Source: Aeromonadales bacterium (GTDB lineage: Bacteria; Pseudomonadota; Gammaproteobacteria; Enterobacterales; GCA-002770795). Taken from it: a stretch of 42,822 nt of DNA. The notes beneath the pieces are model-generated. The model saw nothing but the letters and a program-made list of their open reading frames with translations. It was not told the DNA's origin and made no database searches. The translations under genes and the position numbers were made by a program. Location of the stretch: NCBI GenBank assembly GCA_011322365.1, contig DRNA01000142.1, positions 1 to 42,822 on the forward strand, given 5' to 3'. Position 1 is the stretch's first letter, and each line of letters starts with the position of its first letter. Below, in pieces: positions 28,422 through 37,684 of the stretch.

Positions 28422-29693
28422 ATGATTCAGGATACATCGTCTCAGGATGTGATTTTAGATAATCATAATTTAAAATTCTCAATTAATAAGATTCTCATCC
28501 TCCTTTCAATATTGAGTCTGGTTATTATATTCCTTTTTAAAGGATTTTCTAACTGGTTAGCTTCAGATCGTACCGTAGCTAAAGCTCGTATTCAGATAGC
28601 CACGGTAAAACGAGGTCAATTTACTCGAGACATCGCTTTACAAGGGATTATTGTGGCGGCCAACAGCCCTAAATTATATGCGCCAGCCATTGGTAATATT
28701 ACACTCCTGGCTAAACCGGGAGAATTTGTTAAAAAAGGCGATCTGGTCGCTGTTTTGAATAGCCCGGAGCTGACAAATCGTCTTCAGCAACAACAGGCAA
28801 AACTTGATAGTCTTGAGATTGAGTTAGAGCGTAAAAAAATAAATACTAAAAAGGAAAAAATAAAGTCCAGGCAGAAAATTCAACTTGAAAAAGTTGTTCT
28901 TGATGCGGCAGAACGCGAAATGAGACGTGCTGAAAAATCAATCAAAATCAAGGCCATCAGTTTACTGGATTATGAAAAAGCGATTGATGATTTAAAGCGC
29001 TCTAAATTAAAACATACCTTTGCCATAGAACAGGCTGCACTGGAAAATGAGAATCTGGCATTTGAAATTAAAACAGCTGAATTTGAAAAAAATCAATATG
29101 CGCTATTGGTTGATAATACCTCAAGGTTGGTGAAAGAATTAAAGATGCTGGCTCCTGTTTCAGGTATTGTGGGTTCCTGGTCTGTTGAACAGAAATCTGC
29201 GGTGAGTATTAACCAACCATTACTCACCATTGTAGACCTGACACAATTTGAAGTAGAAATTGATATTCCTGAAAATTACGCAGATAAAATAGGTCTCGGT
29301 ATGCCGGTTTATGTGCAATATAATCAGCAAAAGTACCCTGCCAAAATTTCAACCATATCTCCCGAAGTGAAACAGAATATTGTAAAAGCAAGAGCTAAAT
29401 TTACCGCCACCCCACCCCCTGGTATTAAACAGAATCAACGTGTTTATAGCCAGGTTATTTTAGAAGAAAAAAATAATGTCTTATTTTTGCCCAGAGGTTC
29501 GTTTGTACAGCATCATAATGGACGTAAAATATTTGTGGTAAAAAACAATATTGCGCTACTCAGAGACATCCAGACTGGTTCCAGTAGCATTGATAAAATT
29601 GAAGTGATATCAGGACTCAATGCAGGAGAGCAGGTCATTATTTCTAATACGGATTTTGTTAAAAATGCTTCCACATTAACCATCAAAGAATAA
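28422..29693 (+). CDS. Periplasmic adaptor / membrane fusion protein (HlyD/MacA-like)
   Basis: N-terminal TM, KPGEFVKKGDLVA, long coiled coil, APVSGIV, IEVISGLNAGEQVII. Confidence 0.92.
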   Translation: MIQDTSSQDVILDNHNLKFSINKILILLSILSLVIIFLFKGFSNWLASDRTVAKARIQIATVKRGQFTRDIALQGIIVAANSPKLYAPAIGNITLLAKPGEFVKKGDLVAVLNSPELTNRLQQQQAKLDSLEIELERKKINTKKEKIKSRQKIQLEKVVLDAAEREMRRAEKSIKIKAISLLDYEKAIDDLKRSKLKHTFAIEQAALENENLAFEIKTAEFEKNQYALLVDNTSRLVKELKMLAPVSGIVGSWSVEQKSAVSINQPLLTIVDLTQFEVEIDIPENYADKIGLGMPVYVQYNQQKYPAKISTISPEVKQNIVKARAKFTATPPPGIKQNQRVYSQVILEEKNNVLFLPRGSFVQHHNGRKIFVVKNNIALLRDIQTGSSSIDKIEVISGLNAGEQVIISNTDFVKNASTLTIKE

Positions 29694-29716
29694 ATATGAT
29701 AACAATAGGTGAACCC

Positions 29717-30418
29717 ATGTTAAAAATGACACATATCAAAAAAGTATTCAGAACGGATCTGGTCGAAACCCACGCACTAAGGGATTTCAGCCTGGAAGTC
29801 AAAGAAGGAGAATTTGTCGCCATTACCGGCCCTTCCGGTTCTGGAAAAACAACCCTTTTAAATATTACCGGAATGCTGGATACTTTTGATGGCGGTTGTT
29901 ATCTTCTGGATGAACAAGATGTCAGCCAGCTTAATGATAAACAACGTTCCAGGCTACGCAATGAAAAAATTGGCTTTATTTTCCAGAGCTTTAATTTAAT
30001 TCCTGATCTGAATGTTTTTGATAATGTGGATGTACCCTTACGTTATCGGGGTTTTAATCATAAGCAGAGAAAACAACGCATTGAAGAAGTTCTGGAAAAA
30101 GTAGGGCTGATTGCAAGGCAAAAACATTTACCCTCACAGCTTTCAGGTGGTCAGCAACAAAGAGTAGCCATTGCCAGAGCATTAGCAGGCTCTCCTCGAT
30201 TTTTACTCGCCGATGAACCCACCGGCAACCTTGATTCTTTAATGGCCCGCCAGGTGATGCAATTATTAGAACAGATAAACCAGCAGGGTACGACCATTAT
30301 AATGGTCACTCACGATGGCGAACTTGCCAGAAGAACGCAACGTAATATCCATATTGTTGATGGCGAAGTCACCGATTATGAAACCCTGCAACCTGTTCTT
30401 GAAACCTCTGAGGCTTAG
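29717..30418 (+). CDS. ABC transporter ATP-binding protein (MacB/LolD-like)
   Basis: GPSGSGKTT, GFIFQSFNL, LSGGQQQRVAIARA, ADEPTGNLD, VTHD. Start placed at ATG 29717. Confidence 0.96.
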   Translation: MLKMTHIKKVFRTDLVETHALRDFSLEVKEGEFVAITGPSGSGKTTLLNITGMLDTFDGGCYLLDEQDVSQLNDKQRSRLRNEKIGFIFQSFNLIPDLNVFDNVDVPLRYRGFNHKQRKQRIEEVLEKVGLIARQKHLPSQLSGGQQQRVAIARALAGSPRFLLADEPTGNLDSLMARQVMQLLEQINQQGTTIIMVTHDGELARRTQRNIHIVDGEVTDYETLQPVLETSEA

Positions 30419-30454
30419 GACTTCTACTCTCACACAGCCTCCCAGGAGAAAATT

Positions 30455-31771
30455 ATGTTTCGATATTATCTCAAACTTTCATGGTTAAGTATTAAACGAA
30501 CCCCCTTGCTCACCGCCTTGATGGTACTGGCCATTGGCCTCGGCATCGGCGTCAGTATGACCGTTATCACTGTGAACTTTCTTATGGATAGAGATCCCAT
30601 TCCAGAAAAAAGCCAGCAACTTTTTTCTGTACAGTTAAATAGTTATGGTAATGATAACTCTAATCCATGGACCAGCGATGGATTTCCTCTACAGATTACT
30701 TATCAGGATGCCATCAATATCCATCGATCAGCTATTCCAAGCCGACAAACTGCAAGCGTCAGAACGGGGTTTTCCCTCATCCCAAATAAATCAGGACTTA
30801 CACCCTTTATGACTTCGGCTCGAGCCATCTATAGCGATTTTTTCAGTATGTTTAATATTTCTTTTTTATATGGTAGCCATTGGGATAAAAATATTGATAG
30901 TCATCCACGAGATATGGTGGTACTGAGTAAAAACATAAATGACAAGTTATTTAATGGCAAAAACAGTGTTGGTAAAACCGTTAATCTGGAATCCCATATT
31001 TATACTATCGTAGGTGTGATTGATAGTTGGGAACCTACACCTAAATTTTATGATCTGAATAATGGCAATTTTAATTCCCCTGAAGATATTTTTATTCCGT
31101 TTTCATTGTTACCTGTACATGAATTACTGAGTTGGGGTAATACCAATGGTTGGAAAACCGAAAAAATTGATAGTTATCAGGCTCGACTTGATTCTGAACT
31201 GGCCTGGATCCAGTACTGGGTTGAACTACAAACCCCGCAGCAAAAACAAAACTATAAAAACTGGCTATCGGGTTATATTAGTGAACAAAAAAAACTGGGT
31301 CGATTTGAAAATAAAAAAGCGGGCGCCGCTATCAGAGACGTAAAACAATGGCTTGACTATAATGAAGTGGTATCAAAAGACAACCGTGTGTTAGTGGGCT
31401 TATCGTTTATGTTTCTGGCCGTTTGTATGATTAATACTCTGGGGTTATTGTTAGCTAAATTTTTACGCCGGGCACCCGAAGTCGGGGTAAGACGCGCATT
31501 GGGTGCCAGCCGTCGTACTATTTTTATACAACATCTGGTGGATGTCGGCCTTATTGGCTTTGCCGGTGGATTACTCGGATTAGCCATTGGGCAACTGGGT
31601 TTATTAGGCGTGAAATCACTGTATCAGGGTTATCACAATCTGGTGCAAATGGATTTTAGCCTGATCCTGCTGGCCATTTTTATAGCTCTAATCTCCAGCT
31701 TAATTGCTGGCCTTTATCCCGCCTGGCTGATCTGTAGAACCAATCCCTCGGTTTATTTGAAGTCACAATAA
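30455..31771 (+). CDS. ABC transporter permease (MacB/FtsX-type)
   Basis: 1+3 TM topology with a large periplasmic domain; EVGVRRALGAS, GLYPAW; AGGAG RBS. Confidence 0.93.
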   Translation: MFRYYLKLSWLSIKRTPLLTALMVLAIGLGIGVSMTVITVNFLMDRDPIPEKSQQLFSVQLNSYGNDNSNPWTSDGFPLQITYQDAINIHRSAIPSRQTASVRTGFSLIPNKSGLTPFMTSARAIYSDFFSMFNISFLYGSHWDKNIDSHPRDMVVLSKNINDKLFNGKNSVGKTVNLESHIYTIVGVIDSWEPTPKFYDLNNGNFNSPEDIFIPFSLLPVHELLSWGNTNGWKTEKIDSYQARLDSELAWIQYWVELQTPQQKQNYKNWLSGYISEQKKLGRFENKKAGAAIRDVKQWLDYNEVVSKDNRVLVGLSFMFLAVCMINTLGLLLAKFLRRAPEVGVRRALGASRRTIFIQHLVDVGLIGFAGGLLGLAIGQLGLLGVKSLYQGYHNLVQMDFSLILLAIFIALISSLIAGLYPAWLICRTNPSVYLKSQ

Positions 31772-31827
31772 TGCTTGAAGCCAAATAATAAAACCTAATG
31801 AAACCCATTTAATTCCAGGAGAAATAC

Positions 31828-33036
31828 ATGCTACATATTAAGCCCATATTCAATACCCTGTTAAGGCATAAAAGTAGTTCTTTACTCACCATCTTACAAA
31901 TTGCACTCACATTTGCAGTCGTGGTAAATGCCATCAGTATTATTCAACAACGCCTCTCAGATATGCATCGACAAACCGGGCTGGCAGAAAACCAGCTACT
32001 GGCAGTAAACATTAACCCCTTTGGTAAGGACTATAATTTAAAGCAAAATTTTATAGAAGACAGAGCATTAGTCCGGGCCATTCCCGGTGTTATTGACGCG
32101 ACATTAATTGATCAGCTCCCTTTGTCAGGTGGCGGTAATTCTTCCTCCATGGCGGCAACACAAGAGAAATTTGATAACAAAGATAATATCAATGCGGGGA
32201 TCTTTTTAGGCGATAATCATCTGGTGCATACTTTGGGAGTAAAAATTATCGCTGGCAGAGATTTTAGCGCTGAAGAAGTCCTTTATAGCACAAAAGCTGA
32301 AAACCCGAGGGTCATATTAATCACCCAGACAGTGGCGGACAAATTATTTCCAAAAGGTAATGCGTTGGGGAAAATGGTCTATTTGTGGGGTTTCAATGTG
32401 AGAGTTATCGGTATTATTGAAAAAATGGCTGGCCCCTGGGTTCATTCTTCAAGGTATGATGACAATGTGTTGATGCCCATCCTTTATCTTGGCAGGAATT
32501 TCAGACGCTTATTGATCCGGGTGAAAACCAGTCAGATGAATGAATTATTAGGTACTATTGAAAAAAAACTGCTTGCCAGAAATCCTAATCGTGTCATTGA
32601 TGGCATCCGTTCCATTAAAGAATATAAAACTGGCAGCTACAGTGGTGATAGGGCGATGTCAAAAATACTCTGGTATGTTGTTGCACTTCTCATCATAATT
32701 ACTGCATTAGGCATTGTCGGCATCAGCAGCTTTAATGTGAGTCAACGTATTAAACAAATTGGCACAAGACGTGCTCTGGGTGCAACAACTACTGACATCT
32801 TAAGCTACTTTATTACTGAAAATATCATTATCAGCGTGATCGGTGTATTGCTGGGGTCTGTTATCGCAGTTGCTTTTAATATTTATATTGTGAATACCTT
32901 TAAACTCTCGGCTATCGAATGGTACTATTTCCCTGTTGGTATTTTTATTATGCTAATTACGGGAATTGTTGCCGTCTGGGCACCTGCGGTAAAAGCATCC
33001 AGAATTTCACCTGCTGTAGCCACACAAAGCGTGTAA
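31828..33036 (+). CDS. ABC transporter permease (MacB/FtsX-type)
   Basis: GRDFS, QIGTRRALGAT, PAVKASRISPAVAT; AGGAG RBS. Confidence 0.93.
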   Translation: MLHIKPIFNTLLRHKSSSLLTILQIALTFAVVVNAISIIQQRLSDMHRQTGLAENQLLAVNINPFGKDYNLKQNFIEDRALVRAIPGVIDATLIDQLPLSGGGNSSSMAATQEKFDNKDNINAGIFLGDNHLVHTLGVKIIAGRDFSAEEVLYSTKAENPRVILITQTVADKLFPKGNALGKMVYLWGFNVRVIGIIEKMAGPWVHSSRYDDNVLMPILYLGRNFRRLLIRVKTSQMNELLGTIEKKLLARNPNRVIDGIRSIKEYKTGSYSGDRAMSKILWYVVALLIIITALGIVGISSFNVSQRIKQIGTRRALGATTTDILSYFITENIIISVIGVLLGSVIAVAFNIYIVNTFKLSAIEWYYFPVGIFIMLITGIVAVWAPAVKASRISPAVATQSV

Positions 33037-33041
33037 AAAGT

Positions 33042-34388
33042 ATGAGCCAGATTTTATTAATTGATGATAACCAGGGTATAGCTAAAGCCTTAAAGGTTTT
33101 ATTTTCCCTGTATAATTTATCCATGCAACACGCTGAGACCCCGGAACAGGGGCTTGTTTTGTTAGAGACGACAGAAATTGATCTGGTCATTCAGGATATG
33201 AATTTTTCTGATGACACTACCTCAGGCGAAGAAGGAAAAATACTTTTTAATCAGATCCATAACCAATATCCTGATACCCCCATTATTTTACTCACGGCAT
33301 GGGGAAAAATTGAAATGGCCGTTGAATTAGTCAAACAGGGGGCGGCTGACTATATCACCAAACCCTGGGACGACATCAAACTTGTCAATACACTCACAAA
33401 TTTATTGGAACTTGGCCAGCTCCGTCGGCAAACACATTCCATATTAAAACATAAGTCTGATCAGGCAAAAAAGCTGGCCAAAAATTTTGATCTCTGTGAC
33501 ACTATTTTTGATAGCGAAGCCATGTTACAAAATTTAACCATTGCCACCCAGATAGCCCATGCGGATATTCCAGTATTGATCACCGGCCCCAATGGTAGCG
33601 GTAAAGAAAAAATAGCGGAAGTTATTCAGGTTAATTCTTCCGTATGTAAACAACCCTTTATCAAAGTTAATATTGGCGCCCTGCCCGTTGATTTACTGGA
33701 AGCTGAATTATTTGGTGTAGAAGCCGGAGCCTTTACCGGTGCACAAAAAAAACGCATTGGCCGATTTGAAGCCGCTGATGGTGGCACCTTGTTTTTAGAT
33801 GAAATAGGTAACCTGCCTTTAAATGGTCAGATAAAATTATTAAGAGTGATTCAAACGGGTGAATTCGAACGCCTGGGAAGTTCAAAAACCCGCAAAGTCA
33901 CGGTCAGAATTATCAGTGCGACCAATGCTGATTTAAAGGAAGAAATCGAAAAGGGAAATTTTCGTGAAGATTTATATTATCGACTCAATGTCATAGAAAT
34001 CAATATTGTACCTTTATGTGATCGTAAGGATGATATCTTGCCACTGGCCTTACATTTTATGCCAGATGATTTTGTGTTAACCCGAGATGCTGAAAGAGAT
34101 CTTATGAATCATTCGTGGCCAGGAAATGTCAGAGAATTACAAAATGTGATCCAGCGAGCCAGTCTGCTATCGAATGACAAAAAATTATCAGCTGATAAAT
34201 TGGGATTACTTCCTGTAAAAATAGCATCTAATAACAGTTCCAGAATAGAACCGGATAAACAAATGCTGATTGAAACACTTGCAAAAAATAAGCATAATAT
34301 TTCTCAAACAGCCAAACAACTTGGATTAAGCAGGCAATCTCTATATCGTAGATTAGACAAATATGACATAGCTAAAGGACACCTCTGA
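33042..34388 (+). CDS. Sigma54-dependent response regulator (NtrC family)
   Basis: REC (ILLIDD, QDMNF, KPW); AAA+ [40 protein letters not shown]; Fis HTH. True start is ATG 33042. Confidence 0.95.
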   Translation: MSQILLIDDNQGIAKALKVLFSLYNLSMQHAETPEQGLVLLETTEIDLVIQDMNFSDDTTSGEEGKILFNQIHNQYPDTPIILLTAWGKIEMAVELVKQGAADYITKPWDDIKLVNTLTNLLELGQLRRQTHSILKHKSDQAKKLAKNFDLCDTIFDSEAMLQNLTIATQIAHADIPVLITGPNGSGKEKIAEVIQVNSSVCKQPFIKVNIGALPVDLLEAELFGVEAGAFTGAQKKRIGRFEAADGGTLFLDEIGNLPLNGQIKLLRVIQTGEFERLGSSKTRKVTVRIISATNADLKEEIEKGNFREDLYYRLNVIEINIVPLCDRKDDILPLALHFMPDDFVLTRDAERDLMNHSWPGNVRELQNVIQRASLLSNDKKLSADKLGLLPVKIASNNSSRIEPDKQMLIETLAKNKHNISQTAKQLGLSRQSLYRRLDKYDIAKGHL

Positions 34389-34413
34389 AGAAAAGATTGA
34401 AAAAAGGTATCAC

Positions 34414-35769
34414 TTGGAAAAACCAATAGTCAAAAAAATTACACTTGAAGCACAACTAAACATGCTGTTAGTTCTCGCTATTCTTGGCACTTTGCTCACT
34501 GTTTGCATCCTATATTACTTTGTTAATGACATGCTGCTGAGTATACTTTTTACTGTGGCTTTAGTACTCCCTGCAAATGTTATTATACTTCATTATTATA
34601 TGTCGCCCATCAATCGTATGCTTGCAGCACTATACTCGGGAATGAGCAATTTTCTGGATAATGATTTTAGTATTTCTTTGGCAAAAAAACGACAGGATGA
34701 ATTGGGCGATCTGATTGAAATATATAATCGTGTTGGTACTACTTTAAGGAATGAGCGTGTACACCTCTATCAGCGCGAATTACTGTTAGATACCGTTATG
34801 CAATCAACCCCTCTGAGCCTGGTACTCACCGATGATTCTGGAAAAATTATCTACAATAATAGTTCAGCAAGACAATTATTTAATCATGGGAGAAGTTTGA
34901 ATGGCTTTAACTTTACATCATTGCTGGATACTTTACCAAAGCCTTTTAAACAATCTTTAAAATCTGGTCTCAGTGGTCTTTTTACGGTTATCGAAAACAA
35001 TGAAAATGAAACCTATTATCTAACACAAAATAAATTCCTGTTAAATGGTAAACAACACCTACTTTATTTATTTAAACGCCTTACTAAAGAAATAAATCGA
35101 CAGGAGGTCAATACCTGGAAAAAAGTCATCCGGCTAATCAGTCACGAATTAAATAACTCGTTAGCTCCTATTTCTTCTTTGTCCCATTCCGGTAAATTAT
35201 TATCGACTCGTCTCCAGGTACTACAATTACAGGATATTTTTGAAACTATAGAAGAACGATCGAATTATCTAAAAAGATTTATTGAAGGTTACGCTGAATA
35301 CGCTCGACTACCGAAACCTGTTATAGAAAAAATCAATGCTTATTCATTTTTCTCTAGCCTGCAAAACCTGCATAGTTTCACTTTACAATGCCAGCATGAC
35401 AATGCATCTATTCATTGCGATCCAGCTCAATTGCAACAGGTTATGATCAATTTACTTAAAAATTCTCATGAATCTGGCTCTGATACTCAGGCTATTCTAG
35501 TCGAAGTGAGAAACCATGCTGATAGCACAGAAATTAAAATAAAAGATCGTGGCTGTGGCATGCCAGAGAACACGATTAGAAATGCTTTATTACCCTTTTA
35601 TTCAACTAAGGCCCGAGGCAGCGGGCTTGGCTTGCCCCTTTGTAGAGAAATCATTGAGGCCCATGGGGGGAAAATATTAATTCAAAACCGGAAAAACAAA
35701 GGGCTTGGTATTACGCTGTTTTTACCTAATATAAAATCTGATTTTACAACTGCATCTGATCCGATCTAA
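34414..35769 (+). CDS. Sensor histidine kinase (NtrY/NtrB-like: TM-HAMP-PAS-HisKA-HATPase)
   Basis: ISHELNNSLAPI, INLLKNS, DRGCGM, PFYSTKARGSGLGL. Its stop codon touches repeat copy 2. Confidence 0.93.
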   Translation: MEKPIVKKITLEAQLNMLLVLAILGTLLTVCILYYFVNDMLLSILFTVALVLPANVIILHYYMSPINRMLAALYSGMSNFLDNDFSISLAKKRQDELGDLIEIYNRVGTTLRNERVHLYQRELLLDTVMQSTPLSLVLTDDSGKIIYNNSSARQLFNHGRSLNGFNFTSLLDTLPKPFKQSLKSGLSGLFTVIENNENETYYLTQNKFLLNGKQHLLYLFKRLTKEINRQEVNTWKKVIRLISHELNNSLAPISSLSHSGKLLSTRLQVLQLQDIFETIEERSNYLKRFIEGYAEYARLPKPVIEKINAYSFFSSLQNLHSFTLQCQHDNASIHCDPAQLQQVMINLLKNSHESGSDTQAILVEVRNHADSTEIKIKDRGCGMPENTIRNALLPFYSTKARGSGLGLPLCREIIEAHGGKILIQNRKNKGLGITLFLPNIKSDFTTASDPI

Positions 35770-35824
35770 TATTCAACTCTCTCTGGAAAATCTTAATCCA
35801 GGCCTGAAGGTGAAACTGGTTTTT
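35769..35824 (+). repeat. Direct repeat copy 2 (attR-like): orphan 3' fragment of the 26844-28232 kinase gene
   Basis: Translates IQLSLENLNPGLKVKLVF, identical to copy 1; all 4 mismatches are synonymous third positions. Confidence 0.95.
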
Positions 35825-36004
35825 CGGGCAGCCTCTCATATTTATTTAATCTATATCACCGCCTTCCTAATAGTTCTATTATCTGCAAAAATCACCTTTT
35901 CAGGTAATTGATAAACACTATCGTTATCTTTACTATTATTGGCAATAACTTCACTATATAGTGACGAGTTTAAATTTTAAATACAAACTTTTCAGGAGGT
36001 TACA

Positions 36005-37075
36005 ATGCGATCTATCTGTTTAAATTTTATACTGATTTTTATTTTGATTTTTTCTGCTGATGTATCGGCCAAAAAGAAAGGTTCGGGCGCCTATATTGAA
36101 GTTAAGTCTCCCAGGGTTCATAACTTTGCCATTCGAGTTCTTAATGATGGAAAGAAATATGTCGCGGTAAAAAATTCTTATTTACCGGTGAAGTTTGACG
36201 TACTATTAAAGGCTCGTTGTGGTAATAGATACCACCAGGACAGTGCCTATTTTTCTGTTGCAGGTACTTCCACTAATATTCCTGTGAACAAAAAAAATAA
36301 AACCTTTAGTAAAAATTTCAGAAAATACAGTTTTTCTGTTCCATATGCTGATCCAAAATATTCCATACCTCCCATTAAAGCCTGTAATACTGCTTTAACC
36401 CAGGCAGCTTTGTCAAAGGGAAAGACAAAATCGGCGTTATTACAATCTGGCTGGTCAAAAAATATTTATGAAACGTATTTTTATAGAGGCACATTTAAAT
36501 TAACCTGCAAAGAAAACAGGAAAGGGCTTTTTGATGAACCTAAATACTATAGCGCTTCAGCAAATCTTGGTGTTGCTTATGAATGTTTGAAAAGTGCCAG
36601 TGCCAATAAACCTAAACCCCATCCAAAGCCCAAAAGAGCAAAAACACCTTTTAAGGTATCCAAAGCTACCCTTGCTGTCGATAAACCTTCCTATCATGGT
36701 AAATGTCCAGTCAATTTAAAATTTACCGCCACTTTTACTTCTACTAAAAAGGGGAAAGCTAAATACCGTATTCTCGGTTCAGGGGGTAGTCTTTCTCCAG
36801 TGAAAACGGTAACTTTCAAAAAAGCTGGCAAAGTGCAGATCCCTTTCGTTATTAAAAAAGGGAAAAGCCAAAAATCCTCGGCTATTACGGGTATGAATAT
36901 TACAACGAGCAAAAAGAAATCCACTCTGAATAATCTGACATCACAACCGAGCAATGTATTCGCTGGCTGGTTTCAGATACAGATGCTTTCACCTAATAAA
37001 ATGAAATCAAACAAACAGACCTTTAAGGTATTCTGTCAGGATCATCCCAAACGTTATAAAAAAATATCGGGCTAA
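36005..37075 (+). CDS. Secreted, Lys-rich, Cys-containing hypothetical protein (two beta-rich domains)
   Basis: AGGAGG RBS, signal peptide ending VSA, six Cys in the mature part, KPKPHPKPK linker. Confidence 0.8.
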   Translation: MRSICLNFILIFILIFSADVSAKKKGSGAYIEVKSPRVHNFAIRVLNDGKKYVAVKNSYLPVKFDVLLKARCGNRYHQDSAYFSVAGTSTNIPVNKKNKTFSKNFRKYSFSVPYADPKYSIPPIKACNTALTQAALSKGKTKSALLQSGWSKNIYETYFYRGTFKLTCKENRKGLFDEPKYYSASANLGVAYECLKSASANKPKPHPKPKRAKTPFKVSKATLAVDKPSYHGKCPVNLKFTATFTSTKKGKAKYRILGSGGSLSPVKTVTFKKAGKVQIPFVIKKGKSQKSSAITGMNITTSKKKSTLNNLTSQPSNVFAGWFQIQMLSPNKMKSNKQTFKVFCQDHPKRYKKISG

Positions 37076-37106
37076 GCATAAACGAAACACTGGCAATCAT
37101 ACCGGC

Positions 37107-37146
37107 AAACGCGATATACTACTTGCATAAGTAGTATATCGCGTTT
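37107..37146. repeat. Perfect 18-bp inverted repeat with a 4-nt spacer (terminator or operator)
   Basis: AAACGCGATATACTACTT-GCAT-AAGTAGTATATCGCGTTT. Confidence 0.9.
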
Positions 37147-37234
37147 AAATATGTCAATGTCAAAAAAATCTGAATTTACTAAAACTCCCTGTTTATCATC
37201 AGGTTATATCAACTTCAGTCAGGAAACTATCCGT

Positions 37235-37681
37235 ATGTTTCCCTGTTTACCCGTTATTGATACTATGCCTTTGCCACTTCCCTTTTTCCAAAGCACAGTT
37301 TCTGCCGGTTTTCCCAGTCCGGCGGATGATTATATTGAGCGTTATCTGGATCTGAATGAATTACTTATCAATAACCCCTCAAGTACTTTTCTGGCTCGAG
37401 CCAGGGGGGATTCCATGTTGGAAATTGGTATCCATAACGGTGATATTCTTATCGTTGATCGTGCTGTGGAAGTCCGTCATAAGGATATTGTAGTCGCCGC
37501 ACTCGATGGAGAACTTGTGTGTAAAATACTCGATAAATATCAGCAATGCTTACTGCCAGCAAACCCAAACTATGATGCTATCCCCATCAGCAACCTCAGT
37601 GATTTTATGGTGGAAGGTGTGGTGATCGCTTCTATTCGCTGCCACCGTCTGGTGCATGAATTAGCTCGAAATCCTTCTTAG
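37235..37681 (+). CDS. umuD: Translesion polymerase V subunit UmuD (S24 autoprotease)
   Basis: VSAGFPSPADDY cleavage region, catalytic GDSM Ser and ELVCK Lys. Start is probably ATG 37235 (AGGA upstream) rather than 37151. Confidence 0.93.
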   Translation: MFPCLPVIDTMPLPLPFFQSTVSAGFPSPADDYIERYLDLNELLINNPSSTFLARARGDSMLEIGIHNGDILIVDRAVEVRHKDIVVAALDGELVCKILDKYQQCLLPANPNYDAIPISNLSDFMVEGVVIASIRCHRLVHELARNPS

Positions 37682-37684
37682 ATC

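Larger units (their letters stand above)
28144..35824. mobile_element. Putative integrase-less inserted block (about 7.6 kb) bounded by direct repeats
   Basis: A six-gene self-regulated exporter module lies exactly between two copies of the kinase 3' end; no mobility gene inside. Confidence 0.6.

Noticed and set aside
30442-31830. Repeated CCAGGAGAAA before both permease genes
   Set aside because: Explained as ribosome-binding sites of paralogous genes.
32919-33041. Cys-rich N-terminal extension on the NtrC-type regulator
   Set aside because: Artefact of the longest-ORF call overlapping the permease gene; the REC domain starts at ATG 33042.
37151-37234. N-terminally extended UmuD (UmuDAb-like repressor)
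   Set aside because: The 28-aa extension has no HTH character and its RBS position is occupied by the palindrome; ATG 37235 gives a normal-length UmuD.
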